Assembly: GCF_009914755.1 (NCBI RefSeq) | Contig: NC_060935.1 | Strand: one strand, 5' to 3' | Source: the human T2T-CHM13v2.0 reference genome, Homo sapiens | Length of the DNA stretch: 64,000 bases | Made by a program: the position numbers and the translations under genes | The notes under the pieces: generated by a model | Database searches by the model: none | The model's input: only the letters and a program-made list of their open reading frames with translations | Told to the model about the DNA's origin: nothing | Shown: piece by piece, positions 38,661 to 51,365 of the stretch | How the letters are laid out: the number at the start of each line of letters is the position of its first letter | How positions within the stretch are numbered: position 1 is the stretch's first letter

Positions 38661-40929
38661 AGTACTATCTATTTTTCAGTAAATAATCTTTTGTCCATTC
38701 AGGCAACTGCCCTGAAATTTTGCTGTGTTATGCCTTCATTATAGAAGGGAAAGAGAAGGGTGGTGGACTGGTAGTGCCAGGGCTCTGAGGCTGCAGTGCT
38801 TTCTCCAAGGGACCATCACAACACTGCAAAGCCGCTAGAGAAATGACAGCCCAACAGACCTGGTGGACTTTAAACAAGAGCTAAGCTAGTTCAGCTGGCA
38901 CATATTTTCAAGTGACTCCAAAATAAAATGCGTATTTGCATCAAACAACTGGAATCATTTTAGCTTTGGAGTTATTTAAATTTATCGACAGGGAGAAGAG
39001 CTTCTGGCTTTTTCTATGGGTTTGTCCTGTCAAACATTAGTCTGCTCATTTCAAAGAGCAAGACTGATCAATAAGGTGCCCAAAAAGCTGCCTCCAGACA
39101 AGGCTGGCAAAGAGAGTGGTACCTCTTGTGGTTTCTGCGTGGAACCCATTGGCATTGCACATTGACATTCTTCAAGAGGCTCTTTCTATGTCCTTTCTGG
39201 CCTTTTGAAAAGGTGCCACTGTGTTTTGGGAAAGGGTCCAAAGAGTAGAATAAGATCTAGTATTATGACTGTAACCTTTTTAACAAGGTGAGATTTCATA
39301 GAAAAATGTTTATTAAAATATGCCTCTTTATGAATATCGAAGATTAAATGTTCTGTAGTTGGTGAGCTCAAGTGGGCACTCCCAGTCAAATGAATTCTAT
39401 ATTTTCCACCTCAAATCCTTTTGAATAAGACTGGAGTAGACATAAATTACATGTTTCTCTTTGCAAATTGGCCTTCAATATTTCATGTGCCAAGAATATG
39501 TTACAAAATTGGGGCAGCATTAATATCTTTTTCCTAATGCTCTCTAAACAGACTTTTTTTGGTATTTCATCTCATCTGCATAAGCCATTTAGTGGCCAGC
39601 AAAAACTGTTATGAGGGAGCAAACTAATACATCAGAAGCAAAACCCAAGATATATTTAGTGCTCAGATCTAAGTTATTCACAATTTAGTGTCCTTTCCAC
39701 TGCAGGGGTCTTCAGACAGTGTTCTAGGAAACATGGTTTAATAATGTCATGTCCTGCCTTCAGGTAAGTTACACTGTTGTTAGTGAACAACGCCTTCCCC
39801 TCTTCTCAGCATTCAGCCTGGGGTACACAGAACCTGAATCTTCAAACTCCTACCTTCCCGTCCCCCACTAATCCCCGCAGCTCAGACCAACTATTTGTGT
39901 TGTGAAAGGTCTTATTGGCGTTTTTGCTTTAAACCTAACCAAAATGACTACAAAAATTTTGGTGACCATCCAGAAATGTCTTTGGATTGTAGACTTCAGG
40001 GATAATGAAAATTATTGATTTACTCAGCAACTTTGTACAGCTGTGTTGAGGGAAAACGAAATTGTGTATGAGAATTTAAATTGGCAAAACAACCTAAATC
40101 CTTATAAATTTCATACCACTTATAAATCTGTGAGACTTCTTAGCCTTCTTAGCCTTTTAGTTTAAAGCCAGAACAGAATATGAAGACACTGACCTATGAA
40201 AGTCAAGTAAACATGCATCTTTTTATCATCACAGCAAACTGCTTGACATTGTCTGAAATTTTGAGGGGAGGAGGAAAAAGGAAGACAGATTTTTAAATAC
40301 ACAAATTATTACAAACTGGCATCTCAGGCAGTCATTTGGTCTCCATTTGTAAGACCATCCTGGGCCATTTAGACCTGAGAGTGAAGTGATTAATAGCACG
40401 GATTGAAAGAAGTTATTTTAAAAAGTGCATTATCACCTTTTATTTTCATGAGGTTTAGGGATCAGGAGGTTACCATGATACTTAGTTTTATTATTTAAAT
40501 AACCCACTATAAATAAGGATTTGTCATATTTTTCCACTTGAATCATTTTTTTTCTCTGAGGTTTCTTTTTTTAATCATAGTATCTAGGTACTTAGAATCT
40601 AAAAATAAGATGTTAAATCTTTTTACTCTTTTGTGCTCTCAGAGGACATTCATAAGCATTTGTTCTTCAGCTGTGTCTGTCTTGGAGAGGAGTCCTGCTT
40701 CTGTTCAGCTGTTCTTTTAGCCTGACAGGGAGATAAGCCCAAATGAGATGCATGTAATTGACAATGATACCTACTAATGATATCTCAGAAAAGGGCCCTG
40801 CCTTTATTGGGGAAGATTTTCTTGGACTTAAGAAGTTTTAGCTGGGCCAGTTTCTGTGGCCTAAAAGCACCTGCCTCATTCACAGCCCTCGGTGCTTTTG
40901 AGAATGAAAAGGGGAGCCTGGACCATTGC

Positions 40930-41105
40930 AGGGCCTTCTTCATCTCTGATTATTTTGTGTATTTATTGTTCACTTATTTATTGTCTGTCTCCCCTTCTGG
41001 TATGCTTGTGTCATGAAACAATGAATTCCCCAGTGCCTGGCCCGATTCGTGGCCTCTAGAGGTGTCCAGAAAAAAAGTTTCGGTGAATAGAATTGACGAA
41101 TGGGT
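40930..41105 (+). mobile_element. L2 3' end
   Basis: tttattgtctgtctcccc...ttccccagtgcctggc...ggtgaatagaat. Confidence 0.6.
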
Positions 41106-42933
41106 TCAGAATTGAAACCTGTGAGTCTATGGAAGACAAACGAATCTATACAGAAAAAAATTCAGAAGCTGGACTACTGAATTTTAGTATTCATTTGAGG
41201 CATAGAGAATGAAAATGAGCCATTAAAAGACAGAAACACAAGGAAAGAAAAGACCTTTATATTCAAAACAAGTCAAGGATAGTGTTTCAAATACCAAAAT
41301 CAAATGATTACAGGGCACAGACAAACAAAAATCAATTGTGTTTAATTCCTTTAAAAATGTTTTTGGAAAGAAATAAGAAATATTTAAATTACCTTCAAAT
41401 TAATAGAAGAACATTAAAAGATTTCTCTTTATGGCTAGTTTTAAAAGAAGGCAAATGGGAGGAAGGGGAAGAATTGGAAGACAAAGCAAAAGAGGGGAAT
41501 GGGGAGGAAGGATAAAAAAGGATATAAAAGGAAGTAGAGGTGACATTAGACAGGAAGGGAGAGAAAGACGCTCTGAAAACTCAGGCCACTTAGAGGGTTG
41601 GGGAGTTCTCCCTGCCCTGTGAAATGCTATTAGTTGAGTCATCACAGTTTAGAGCCCTAGACCTGCCACATGGGAGGGAAAACTGCTTTCAGAGCTGCAG
41701 AACTACTGTCTGGAACAATAGCCGATGATATCCATGGAGCAGATGAAATAAAGCCAGAAGTCAGACTTGGCCAAAGGGATAGAGGTTTCACACACTGTTT
41801 TATCAGCCACTGGTTCTATGATCTGGAAGCCCTCATGTCATCTGCACAGTGGCGTGGAAAATGGCACCATTCACAGTGAATTGTCTTGTTTTTGTTGGAA
41901 TGGCTGGTAGCAGTGCCCCTAGACCCTGGGACTGACCTAGGGGCCATCGTGATGGAATTTTGGGACGTGCAAAATTTGCTTGCTGAGACTAATACAGGTT
42001 CCAACCTTGGTGGAGGAAGTGATATTTAATATCACATAAAACCAAAATAAATTATTCTCTAGGGAGTTGTCTGGTTGGCATTTCTTTCCTATTTTTCTTC
42101 CTTCCCAGGCCAGCTCAATTCTATTAAAAATTCTGTTAGCTAAATGTCAATGGGTTCAGCATGTCTCCTCTCTGTGCCTACACGTTGAAATTTTCCTATA
42201 AAATACTATTTTAATGTATTAGAGATAAACAGAATTTTATTAATGTCAGCCCCATAGATCTACACACAACCCAGCACCCTGTCTGGGGTTACATTTACCA
42301 GGGCTAGTTTATTATTATTCTCAATTCATGATGACAAAATACTTATTTGGAACACAGAAAAATGAAAGTGGCTTTGCTACTTAAACTAAATTGCTGGAGG
42401 ATGAAGATTTGCATTGAGTACTCTAGCTGTTAGACTTAATTAGGCTCCACAGTTTTCTAAAAGAATTGAATATAGAGTGTTCTCTCAGTTGTCTAAGAAG
42501 AATTAGCCAGCCTTGACTGTGCCAGGTTGGAAAATTTACTGGTTTATGAAGAAAAGGCATTTTACAGAAACCACGCCAAAGGGTTTTAAGCTATGCTGGC
42601 ACTTTTGTTTTGTTTAAGAATTGGTAGTGTTAATGTTTGCTCTGAGGAACTTCCCTGGGCCATTAGCACCCTGTGGGCTGACATTATCCAAGGGTAGTGT
42701 TAAAAGTGAACTCATTTTGCAAAGTTGGAAGGTTTCCGGTAGAAGTATCCTTATCTTTTTTAGCACTCAGCCATTTAAAAGTAACAACCACCATCTATAT
42801 CCCTCTACCTTATAAACAGCCAACAGCCTAGCCTTAATGAAGGACCTTTAGCTGTATTCAGATATAATCATCTGACACTAAATAAAATTGTGACCCAGGC
42901 TCATTAGGAATACCACAGGCCCCTCACAGTGCT

Positions 42934-43057
42934 GCTGTGGCCACGCTTTGCACTGATTCATGCCTCAGATTGATTTTATTATCCGAGGATATAAGGCTTG
43001 GCTTGGATGGAATCAGTGAAAGAGGCAAACACCATGGCTACAGAAAGGGGGTGATCT
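42934..43057. repeat. Local direct repeat, copy 1 (~125 bp)
   Basis: Aligns to 44343-44467 with ~18 differences (~86% identity, counted by hand). Confidence 0.95.
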
Positions 43058-43622
43058 CCTTTCTCCTCATCATAAGGGATCACAGCTGACACCCTTGTAA
43101 CAAAAGACAGGTTAACAAGAGAAAAGAATAACAAATGGATTGCATGCACATATGTGCACAGGAATCATACAAAATACGAAAACTCGAAGAAAATGCCAGA
43201 GGGTTGATACTTAAATCCCTTAAATGCCCTCTTCATTGGGGAGAGGGAAGGAGGGCAGCGAGGGCTGTAAATGAATGAGGCTGAAGACCAGTCAATGGTT
43301 TGTACATGATGCTGTTTGGGAATTGAATGGGACCTGAGAACAGAGGATGGTTTGGGATGATTAGCTAGGCTCTAGGTGTGATGTTTAATTTTCAGTCTCT
43401 TCCTCTGTGATATGAGTTTTCATCTTTCCTGGTTAATGAAATTTCAGGGAAGCGATTGAAGGCAATTGTGTCTTTAGGGGTCCAGTTTCTGGGTAGATAA
43501 GGAAACTTCAAAGAACTGTGTGATCCTGTGCTTTGGGAGAGACAGAGGATTAGGGGGGTGGCCTCCTTAGTTCAGCATGTTAAAGTGCCATATTTTGGGA
43601 TATCGTTTTCTGAGCTCCAACA
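43050..43622 (-). mobile_element. ERV1 solo LTR (MER4-group; subfamily uncertain)
   Basis: ataagggatcacagctgacacccttgtaacaaaagacaggttaacaagagaaaag and the terminus gccatattttgggatatcgttttctgagctccaaca; left boundary approximate. Confidence 0.8.
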
Positions 43623-43631
43623 ACACCAATC

Positions 43632-43931
<300 letters not shown>

Positions 43932-44342
43932 AACACCACCAATCTTACAAAAAAAAAAAAAAAAAAAAAAAGGCACTGTACTCCAGAAAGGGGCTTTTGA
44001 GAAGAATAACAATGATCCCCCTCAAAAAGGAGACAGGAGTAGAATTTACTGTGGATTTCAGAGTTATTATCCCCAACACTCCAGAGGCTCCTTCTTATCT
44101 TGGTCAGACTTCATGAGTTTCAAGATCCTTCTCCAGGAAAGTAGAATCAACTCAGAAACTAGGAATGGAGACAAAATCCATTCCTTTGGGTGCCTATCCA
44201 GAGATTTTTGAGTTGTCTGTAAATGTGGACCTATTTACTGTGTAATGTCTTTTTCTCTACAAGCAACTATTTAGAAAACATGGCAGTGCTTCCATTGGCA
44301 AATGTAAAGCAGATCTTAAATTCTTATCTGGTCCACATCACA

Positions 44343-44467
44343 GCTGTGGTCTTGCTTTGCACTGATTCCTGTCTCAGGTTGATTTTATTATCCTGAGGAG
44401 ATAAGGCTCGGTGTGGATGGAATCAGTGAAGAAAGCAAACACCATGGAGGCAGAAAGGGGGTAATCT
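44343..44467. repeat. Local direct repeat, copy 2 (~125 bp)
   Basis: See 42934-43057. Confidence 0.95.
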
Positions 44468-44739
44468 AGTCTATTTCAGTCTATTCCAAGTGCCCTTACA
44501 CATCTCTCTAAGCCCATAACAGTTGCCTGGTGTCATCGGCTTGCCTTCAGATCCCATCCCCTCCTGTTCAATCTCTAGGTCCTTTTGCAGAACTCAGTGT
44601 TTTTGTGAGAGCAAAACTTTCAGAAAGAAGTTATTTAATCTTTGAAAGCTGTTGAAACTGGTTTATCGACTAGTCTGAACCCAGTAGAAGTTCAGTAGTT
44701 TTATTTTTCTCCACTCAGTGTATTAACTGCACTGTATTA

Positions 44740-44870
44740 AATCTCTCTTCTCCATAAGTAACAGGAAGGCTGGGATCTTTGTTTCATTCATTAGTGTCAT
44801 TGTCACTCAAGTGCCTAAAATGGTGACTGACACATGGTGGATCCTCAAAAAAGATGTATTAAATTGAACA
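44740..44870 (+). mobile_element. L2 3' end
   Basis: ggaaggctgggatctttgtt...gtgcctaaaatggtgactgacacatggtgg...ctcaaaaa. Confidence 0.65.
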
Positions 44871-44915
44871 TTTTTGGTGGAACCTCACTTGTTTTCATTA
44901 ATTAAAAAGAAACTC

Positions 44916-45213
<298 letters not shown>

Positions 45214-45324
45214 TAAAAAGGAACTCAGGGTTGTCTAGTTTAAAGCACCATTCTCATATTCTTTGTAAATCTCATCTTTTCCATTCCCTCCAGCACCTGC
45301 CTTCTTTAGTTTTAAAAGGACTTG

Positions 45325-45784
45325 GATGGACCTGGAGGTCATTCTGTTAAGTGAAGTAAGTCAGGGACAGAAAGACAAATATTGTATGTTCTCACTCATA
45401 TGTGGGAGCTAAAAAATGTTGATCTCAAGGAGGTAGAGAGTAGAATGATGGTTACCAGAGGCAGGGAAGGGTGTGTGTAGGTGGAGGAAGGAAGAGGGGA
45501 AGAATAGGTTGGTTAATGGATACAAACATACAGTTAGGCAGAAGCAATAAATGTTAGTTTTGGGTAGCACAGTAGGGTGATGACAGTTAGCAACAATATA
45601 TATTTCAAAATAGTTAGAAGATTTGAAATATTCCCAACACAAAGAAATGATAAACGTTCCTGGCGATGGATAATCTAAACACCCTGGTTTGATCATTACA
45701 TATTGTATGTATGCATCAAAATATCACATGTACCCCATACATATGTACAAATATTAATGTATCAATTTCAAAATAAAAATAAAA
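45325..45784 (+). mobile_element. 5'-truncated L1MA (L1MA4-like) 3' end
   Basis: gacaaatattgtatgttctcactcatatgtgggagctaaaa...aaatatcacatgtacccc; TSD aaaag(g)acttggat at 45314-45327 and 45781-45793. Confidence 0.93.
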
Positions 45785-48286
45785 GACTTGGATTGGGGAG
45801 GGGGTGCTTACTCTTTCCATCTTCCTCCCCTTCCCTTGCCTTGGAAAAGGGTAAAGGAATTTGATTTAGTTCTGGGACACTCTTACTCTGTTCTTCTTCT
45901 CATTCTCCTTCCCTTCCTGTATTTTAGGGTGGGGCGGAGATAGTGTCTCTCACACCACTGACCATGGCTGCCATCCTCTCTCTGGAGATGTGCCTGCTTC
46001 TGTGGTACCCCTGACTGGTGGTGGGTGCCTGCCAGGTGGGAGACATCCAAATACTGGCCTTTTCATGGTACTCAAGGGAGGTCTCCTTAGAGCCCCTTCA
46101 GGGGACTCCCTGTCCTGTGTTTCCTGGCTGTAGGAGATACAATGTCAACCCGGCTTTATCAAGCCACCCCTCAGCTCCGCTCCTGGTGGTACAGCCCACA
46201 GCCTTTCCTTCCTGAGCTCCCTTGACATGCAGGCTGCCCCCTTGAGTAGGACCCTGGCAAAGGGATGTAGACCCACTGGTGCTTGGGAAGCTCGCTCATC
46301 CTAGCCTTTGCTAGATGGTTCCTGACCCCTCTTGCCCTACCATTTCTCTCCAATTCACTTTTTGCCTGCTCGGGGTGGTTGGGGGACTCAGGGCTGATCA
46401 GCAAAGCGGCTGACCCTGCAGTCATCCAGCTGGGAAGCAGGATGCCAGGTTCTCCTTCAAGCTGGCTCCTCCAAAGTAATTCTCTTAGATAGTCACCTTT
46501 CTCTTGCTTTAGTTGAAAGAAAGGATAACAATGCTAGGGAAAGAAGAAGGGAAAGCTGTAGCTACTCTCACTAGGCAGAAGACCCGGAGCTAATTCCACC
46601 TGCTGTCTTCTTTGTCTTCTCTAGACTGAGAAGGAGGAAGGAGGGGCAAGTGGGGAGTGTGGTGTCGCAGGACTATTCTACCATCTCCCTAAGCTTTTCC
46701 GGAGGTGTCTTTTCTCAATCATTAGTACTCTGTAGACTGCAGTGCACTTGCCCATCTCTTTGACCTTAGCTTTGCTTCCTTGGTCACCAACATAGGGCAA
46801 CAGAACAAGTCCTACTCAGGACTCTGCTGCACAGCTAAAGAAACAGATCTCCACCTCTCTTTTCTGACACTTTTAAATCCAGCCAAGCAGGGGCTGACAG
46901 CGCCATAGCTAAGTCCCTCTCTGTACAGTAGAGTGGCTGCTGTGTGTTTACAGTCACAAGATATTTCTGAATTCTTTGCTTTTAGTCTTGCGGTTCATTA
47001 CATATGGGAAACTGAGGTGTATTTCATTCTTTGGCATAGCTCCTGATGATAACTATTTATTTTGGAAGGGCTTTCCTTGGATTATAACTTATCAAAAGAT
47101 ACCAGAGCAATAAGGTATAATACGTCAAGGAAAAAAGAATTCCCATTTTTCCTGTGTGTGTTCATTGGGCTCTCACTACAGCATTCAAGTCAGTATAAGA
47201 CACGTTTACTGACAGCTGGATTACTCCGGGTCTGGCAAAAGAGCTTGAATCGACACTTCTGCTAAATTTCTCAGCAGTACATTGAATGTATATTTAACGT
47301 GTGTCATAAAGATGTGTGCAGATTGCTTGAGGCCGTCCGTCATTAAAGGCCTGAATGTATACCATTAGCCATCACACTGGTGGTACCTCCAATATAATTG
47401 AAAAAGGTTTAGCAATATATGAGCATATGTAATGTTTGTCATTTCTATTAGTACTCTAATTAAATCAGCCTTCTAATCAGACAACTTATAAAATCGTAAG
47501 TAATATGATTAGAGCAATATAGGATGCCACCCTCGTATTCTGAAGCACAGTTGGGTAGTAACTTTTTGATATTGTTTTGATGAATGGATGGCTTTGCTCA
47601 GTAAGCAGGTAGTCCAGTGTTGAGATTCTGACAAAGCTGGCTTTCTCTGAGTCCTCTAAAGATTCCAGGCAAGGCGGTTTCCACTGTTACACCTATTAAG
47701 GAATGGACCACGTTTCCTCTGTAATGATTGCAGCAGTATCTTAGAAATTCTAAACCCTAACACCATTTCCTCCAGAAAAATACCAGCATATTTCATTTAT
47801 AAGAAAAATGGTTGTAGATAAATCAATAGAAATCTCAATTATATTTATTAATGAACAGGATTAAGTTGGATTAACATTTATCGCCCTTACGTTTTGATTA
47901 TATCAAAACTGCAGCAGAGATTGCAGCTTGGGTTGATCCAAGAGTGGCCCTTTACACGCTATTGGCTTTCAGCAGACAAAATTGTTCAGCAGCAGTGGCT
48001 TATACTACATTAGTCTAGAAACCACTGTTTGAGTCAGCCAAAGGTGGGCGGTCTGCTCAGAGCCCGCTGGGCAGAGTGCAGGATGCCAGGTCACCAGGTT
48101 GGACGTGAGGGCAGACTTTCAAAGGCTCCAGGCCACCCTTTGGAGTTAAAATATTGATTAAGTTCATCATCTGTGGAATCTGTGCAGCTGGCTTTTGTCC
48201 CACATTGCAAAGTGTGATCCTAAATCTTTGAGTCTTTCCTTTCCTACCCTTAACAACAATAACAACAAAAAATAATAATAAAACCT

Positions 48287-48582
48287 GGCTGGGTGTGGTG
48301 GCTCACACCTGTAATCCTAGCACTTTGGGAGACTAAGTTGGGCAGATCACTTAAGGTCAGGAGTTCAAGACCAGCCTGGCCAACATGCTGAAACTCCATC
48401 TCTACCAAAAAATACAAAAATTAGCCAGGTGTGGTGGTGCATGCCTGTAGTCCCAGCTGCTTGAGAGGCTGAGGTGGGAGAATCTCATGAGCCTGGGAGG
48501 CAGAGATTGCAGGGAGCCAAGATCATACCACTGCACTTCAGCTGGGTGACAGAGTGATACCCTTTCTCAAAAAAAAAAAAAA
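48287..48582 (+). mobile_element. Alu SINE (older AluS/AluJ-like)
   Basis: Full-length diverged dimer; flanking aataaaacc at 48277-48285 and 48590-48598. Confidence 0.96.
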
Positions 48583-48659
48583 TAGTAAGAATAAAACCCT
48601 CCCCTACCCTTAACAACAACAAATAATAATAATAATATACAGTAATATAATAAAAACAG

Positions 48660-48850
48660 TAAATAGCTGCCATTTATTCAGTGCCTCCCATGTGGCAGGC
48701 CCTGTGCTGTGTGCTTTCCAGTATCAGCTCTGGTCTCTGTGCCACTCAGAGAGGATTGGGCTCAGTGAGTGTTTACAGCTTGCTCAAGGTCATACAACTC
48801 ATCCAATGGTAAAGTCAGGACTTGAACCCAAGGTACAGAGTTCTCCACGT
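48660..48850 (-). mobile_element. MIR SINE
   Basis: atagctgccatttattcagtgcctcccatgtggcaggccctgtgct...cttgctcaaggtcata...ggacttgaaccca. Confidence 0.7.
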
Positions 48851-49534
48851 TGCCTCCATCCCAGGGTGGGCCTACCCCATGTGCTCATGAAACAGACTCA
48901 GATGTGTTTATAGCCACAGTTTCCGATGCTTATCACCCTGCTCTTTTATTGCTTAGTCTTTAAGCAACACAAAAAGATCTATTATATCATTACAGTTCAT
49001 TTTTCTCATAATTGTATTCTCAGCGGATGCAATTGACAAATTATCGAGTTTCTCTTGTCTCCCTGACATTCTTACTTAGTTTTGAAATTCTTTTACATGA
49101 ACGGTTCTCATAAAAAGAAACATTGTTACTTTTCAATAGGAATCCACTCAAGTCCCCAACGCCCACTGCAAACACAATGCAAATTTGCCCACAACACAGA
49201 CAGAGAATAAGCAAATTCACAGCAGAAAAACTCATCCACTTTACAGGCCAGACTTAGGTAGAACTGCCATAGTGCCCATTTATCCCAGGATATCCACCAC
49301 ACCTCCTAACAGTGTGCAATTTCAGACCAGCCAGACAGACCTTGGTGCAAGGGACATGTCCAGGTTTAAACTTTCTCTAGAGGATAAATCCTCCCTCCTG
49401 TTTGTTTTCTGTGCCTCTTTCCTGCCTACCACAGTGGCAGCCTATATTCCAACATGGAACTCAGAGAAGATAGTGATGTTTGCTGATTGTCTGAACAACA
49501 CATTGTCCCTGTTCTACTACCTCTTATGTATTAG

Positions 49535-49690
49535 AATTGTGATTCCCAAGCTTGATCCTGTAACAGACTCATTTGGGAGCTTGTTAAATACACATTCCAG
49601 GGCTCTACCCCAGAATCTCCAGGAGTGGGGTTTAGAAAGCATTTTTACAAAAGCTCTCCAGGTAATTCTTTTGGACAGACACTGCCGTAG
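49535..49690. mobile_element. MER5A-like DNA transposon relic
   Basis: gggagcttgttaaatacacattccagggctctaccccaga...tttttacaaaagctctccaggtaattct. Confidence 0.75.
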
Positions 49691-50639
49691 AATAATAAAT
49701 GGAATTTAAAATAAACAAGAGCTTATCAGAGCTCTGCAAAACCTCCGTGTCCACTCCTGCCTGCCATAGGGAGCTAGAAGACTGTGTACAGAAAACTGTT
49801 TCAGGAGTTACCAGTGCTTTTGTCTCTTTTCTTCCGGAAGCCATTTAAAATAAAGCTTGCATCGTACTATTACTGGTCTAATTGCTCCTGTAAAAAGAAA
49901 GGAATGAAGATTATAATGGAAGTATAAATGCAACACCTTTTAAGGCAGGAACTATCTTTTAGGGATAGTATTTTTAAACCCCCATTGCTTTTAGCAAAAT
50001 TGGTGATGGTTAAGTAGTGGTGAGAGGATAGAAATTTTTAAAAATTGATATTAAGAGTTGCAAGGCATTGAAAATTGGTAATTCAATCTCCACTAAAAGA
50101 AAAAGGAATTATAACAATAAAAAGCTTAAGTGATTAGTGCCCAGTAACAAAAATCAGACAGCTGCTCAGCAGCGTCCCTTCCTACAAGAGACAGAAATAG
50201 TCCGGTGGTTCTCAATTGAAAGATGGGCTGCCTTTCAGCAGGTGGGTTGTATGTTGGGTATGTGGAACTCAGAACATATTTGCCCTTAGATACAAAGTAG
50301 CCTCACTGTGCTGGGTACCTGTCCCACAAAGGACTGGGCACAGGAGATTTTGGGAGGGCGGCTGCTTATCACATGGGGCGTGGCTGAGTAATCATTTTGA
50401 CCAAATACTCCCTGTGGCATGCTCACCAGACTGCTGGGGCCGACAGTGTGGTCCCTCTGTCTATAGTCTTGGCCTGGTCTTATATTTTTCCTTGGCTGGT
50501 GTCTGTTTTATTACTTAATCCGTGCACCATTCACCCCAATCACTTTTGGCAACCACACTTTCTTTCCAACAGCATCTAATACGCTCAGCATCGCCCATTT
50601 GCTCAGTAGCTCTTCACTGCTCGGGCCTTGCGTGCATCA

Positions 50640-50820
50640 CAGAACGGTTTGGGAGCAGGCAGACCTAGCTTTGCATCTCAGATGTGTCACTTATTAGCTC
50701 CATGAGCTTGGGTATGCAACCTCACATCTCCAGGCCTCTGTTCTTATGTGAAAGGGGAATAAAAGTACTCTGTGACTTATTAATCAGTGCACTCAGGTAT
50801 TAGAAAGTGTCCTGCACATA
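50640..50820 (+). mobile_element. MIR SINE
   Basis: ggcagaccta...tcacttattagctc...cttggg...ggcctctgtt...tgtgaaaggggaataaaagtac. Confidence 0.6.
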
Positions 50821-51315
50821 CACTTCTTCTCCAGGAGCTTTGGATACAAGAGTCTGTGGTAAATGGTTCCTCCCCTCCATGTTCACAGTCTAGTGAATGA
50901 ATGAGACATTTGTTTAAGAAGAAAAGTCACGATAAGGGGTATATACTCCATGGTGACAATGGTGACAACGAACTCTGCTTTTATCCCTTCCCACAGCAGC
51001 GTCCTTTCCCTCTGCCCCCTTCATAGGCATGCCCCCTCCTTTAGTCCTCTTTATTCTTGGGATGACTTACTCACATCTCTGTGCTTGGCTTAGAAGTTGA
51101 AAAATAGGCCTCGTATTTCTCATTTTATTGGAGACTCTTTTTAGCAGGGTCAACTTGGATTCCAAAGAGGAAGGAATGAGTGGAGAGATAGGGAGGAGAA
51201 GCTGCCAAGTGGGCATGGGCGTGGGGGTACAGGCCGTGTTTGTCACTGGGGACAGCTGGAATTATTGACATTCATGACCTGCAATTGGAGAGTAACTAAA
51301 ATACTTCAAGTTGTG

Positions 51316-51318
<3 letters not shown>

Positions 51319-51356
<38 letters not shown>

Positions 51357-51365
51357 ATGCGTGCA
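51319..51365. repeat. (GT)18 microsatellite with alternating purine-pyrimidine extension
   Basis: Direct reading: (GT)18 then gcatgcgtgca. Confidence 0.97.

Noticed and set aside
41430-41570. Purine-rich tract as H-DNA or coding sequence
   Set aside because: It is interrupted and lacks mirror symmetry. The overlapping ORFs only reflect low complexity.
42934-43057. H/ACA snoRNA or known miRNA reading of the duplicated hairpin
   Set aside because: There is no two-hairpin H-box layout, ACA is not placed at the stem base, and the large asymmetric loop is unlike a pre-miRNA.
49185-49709. 174-aa ORF
   Set aside because: It has a non-ATG start and runs through L2-like and MER5A relics.
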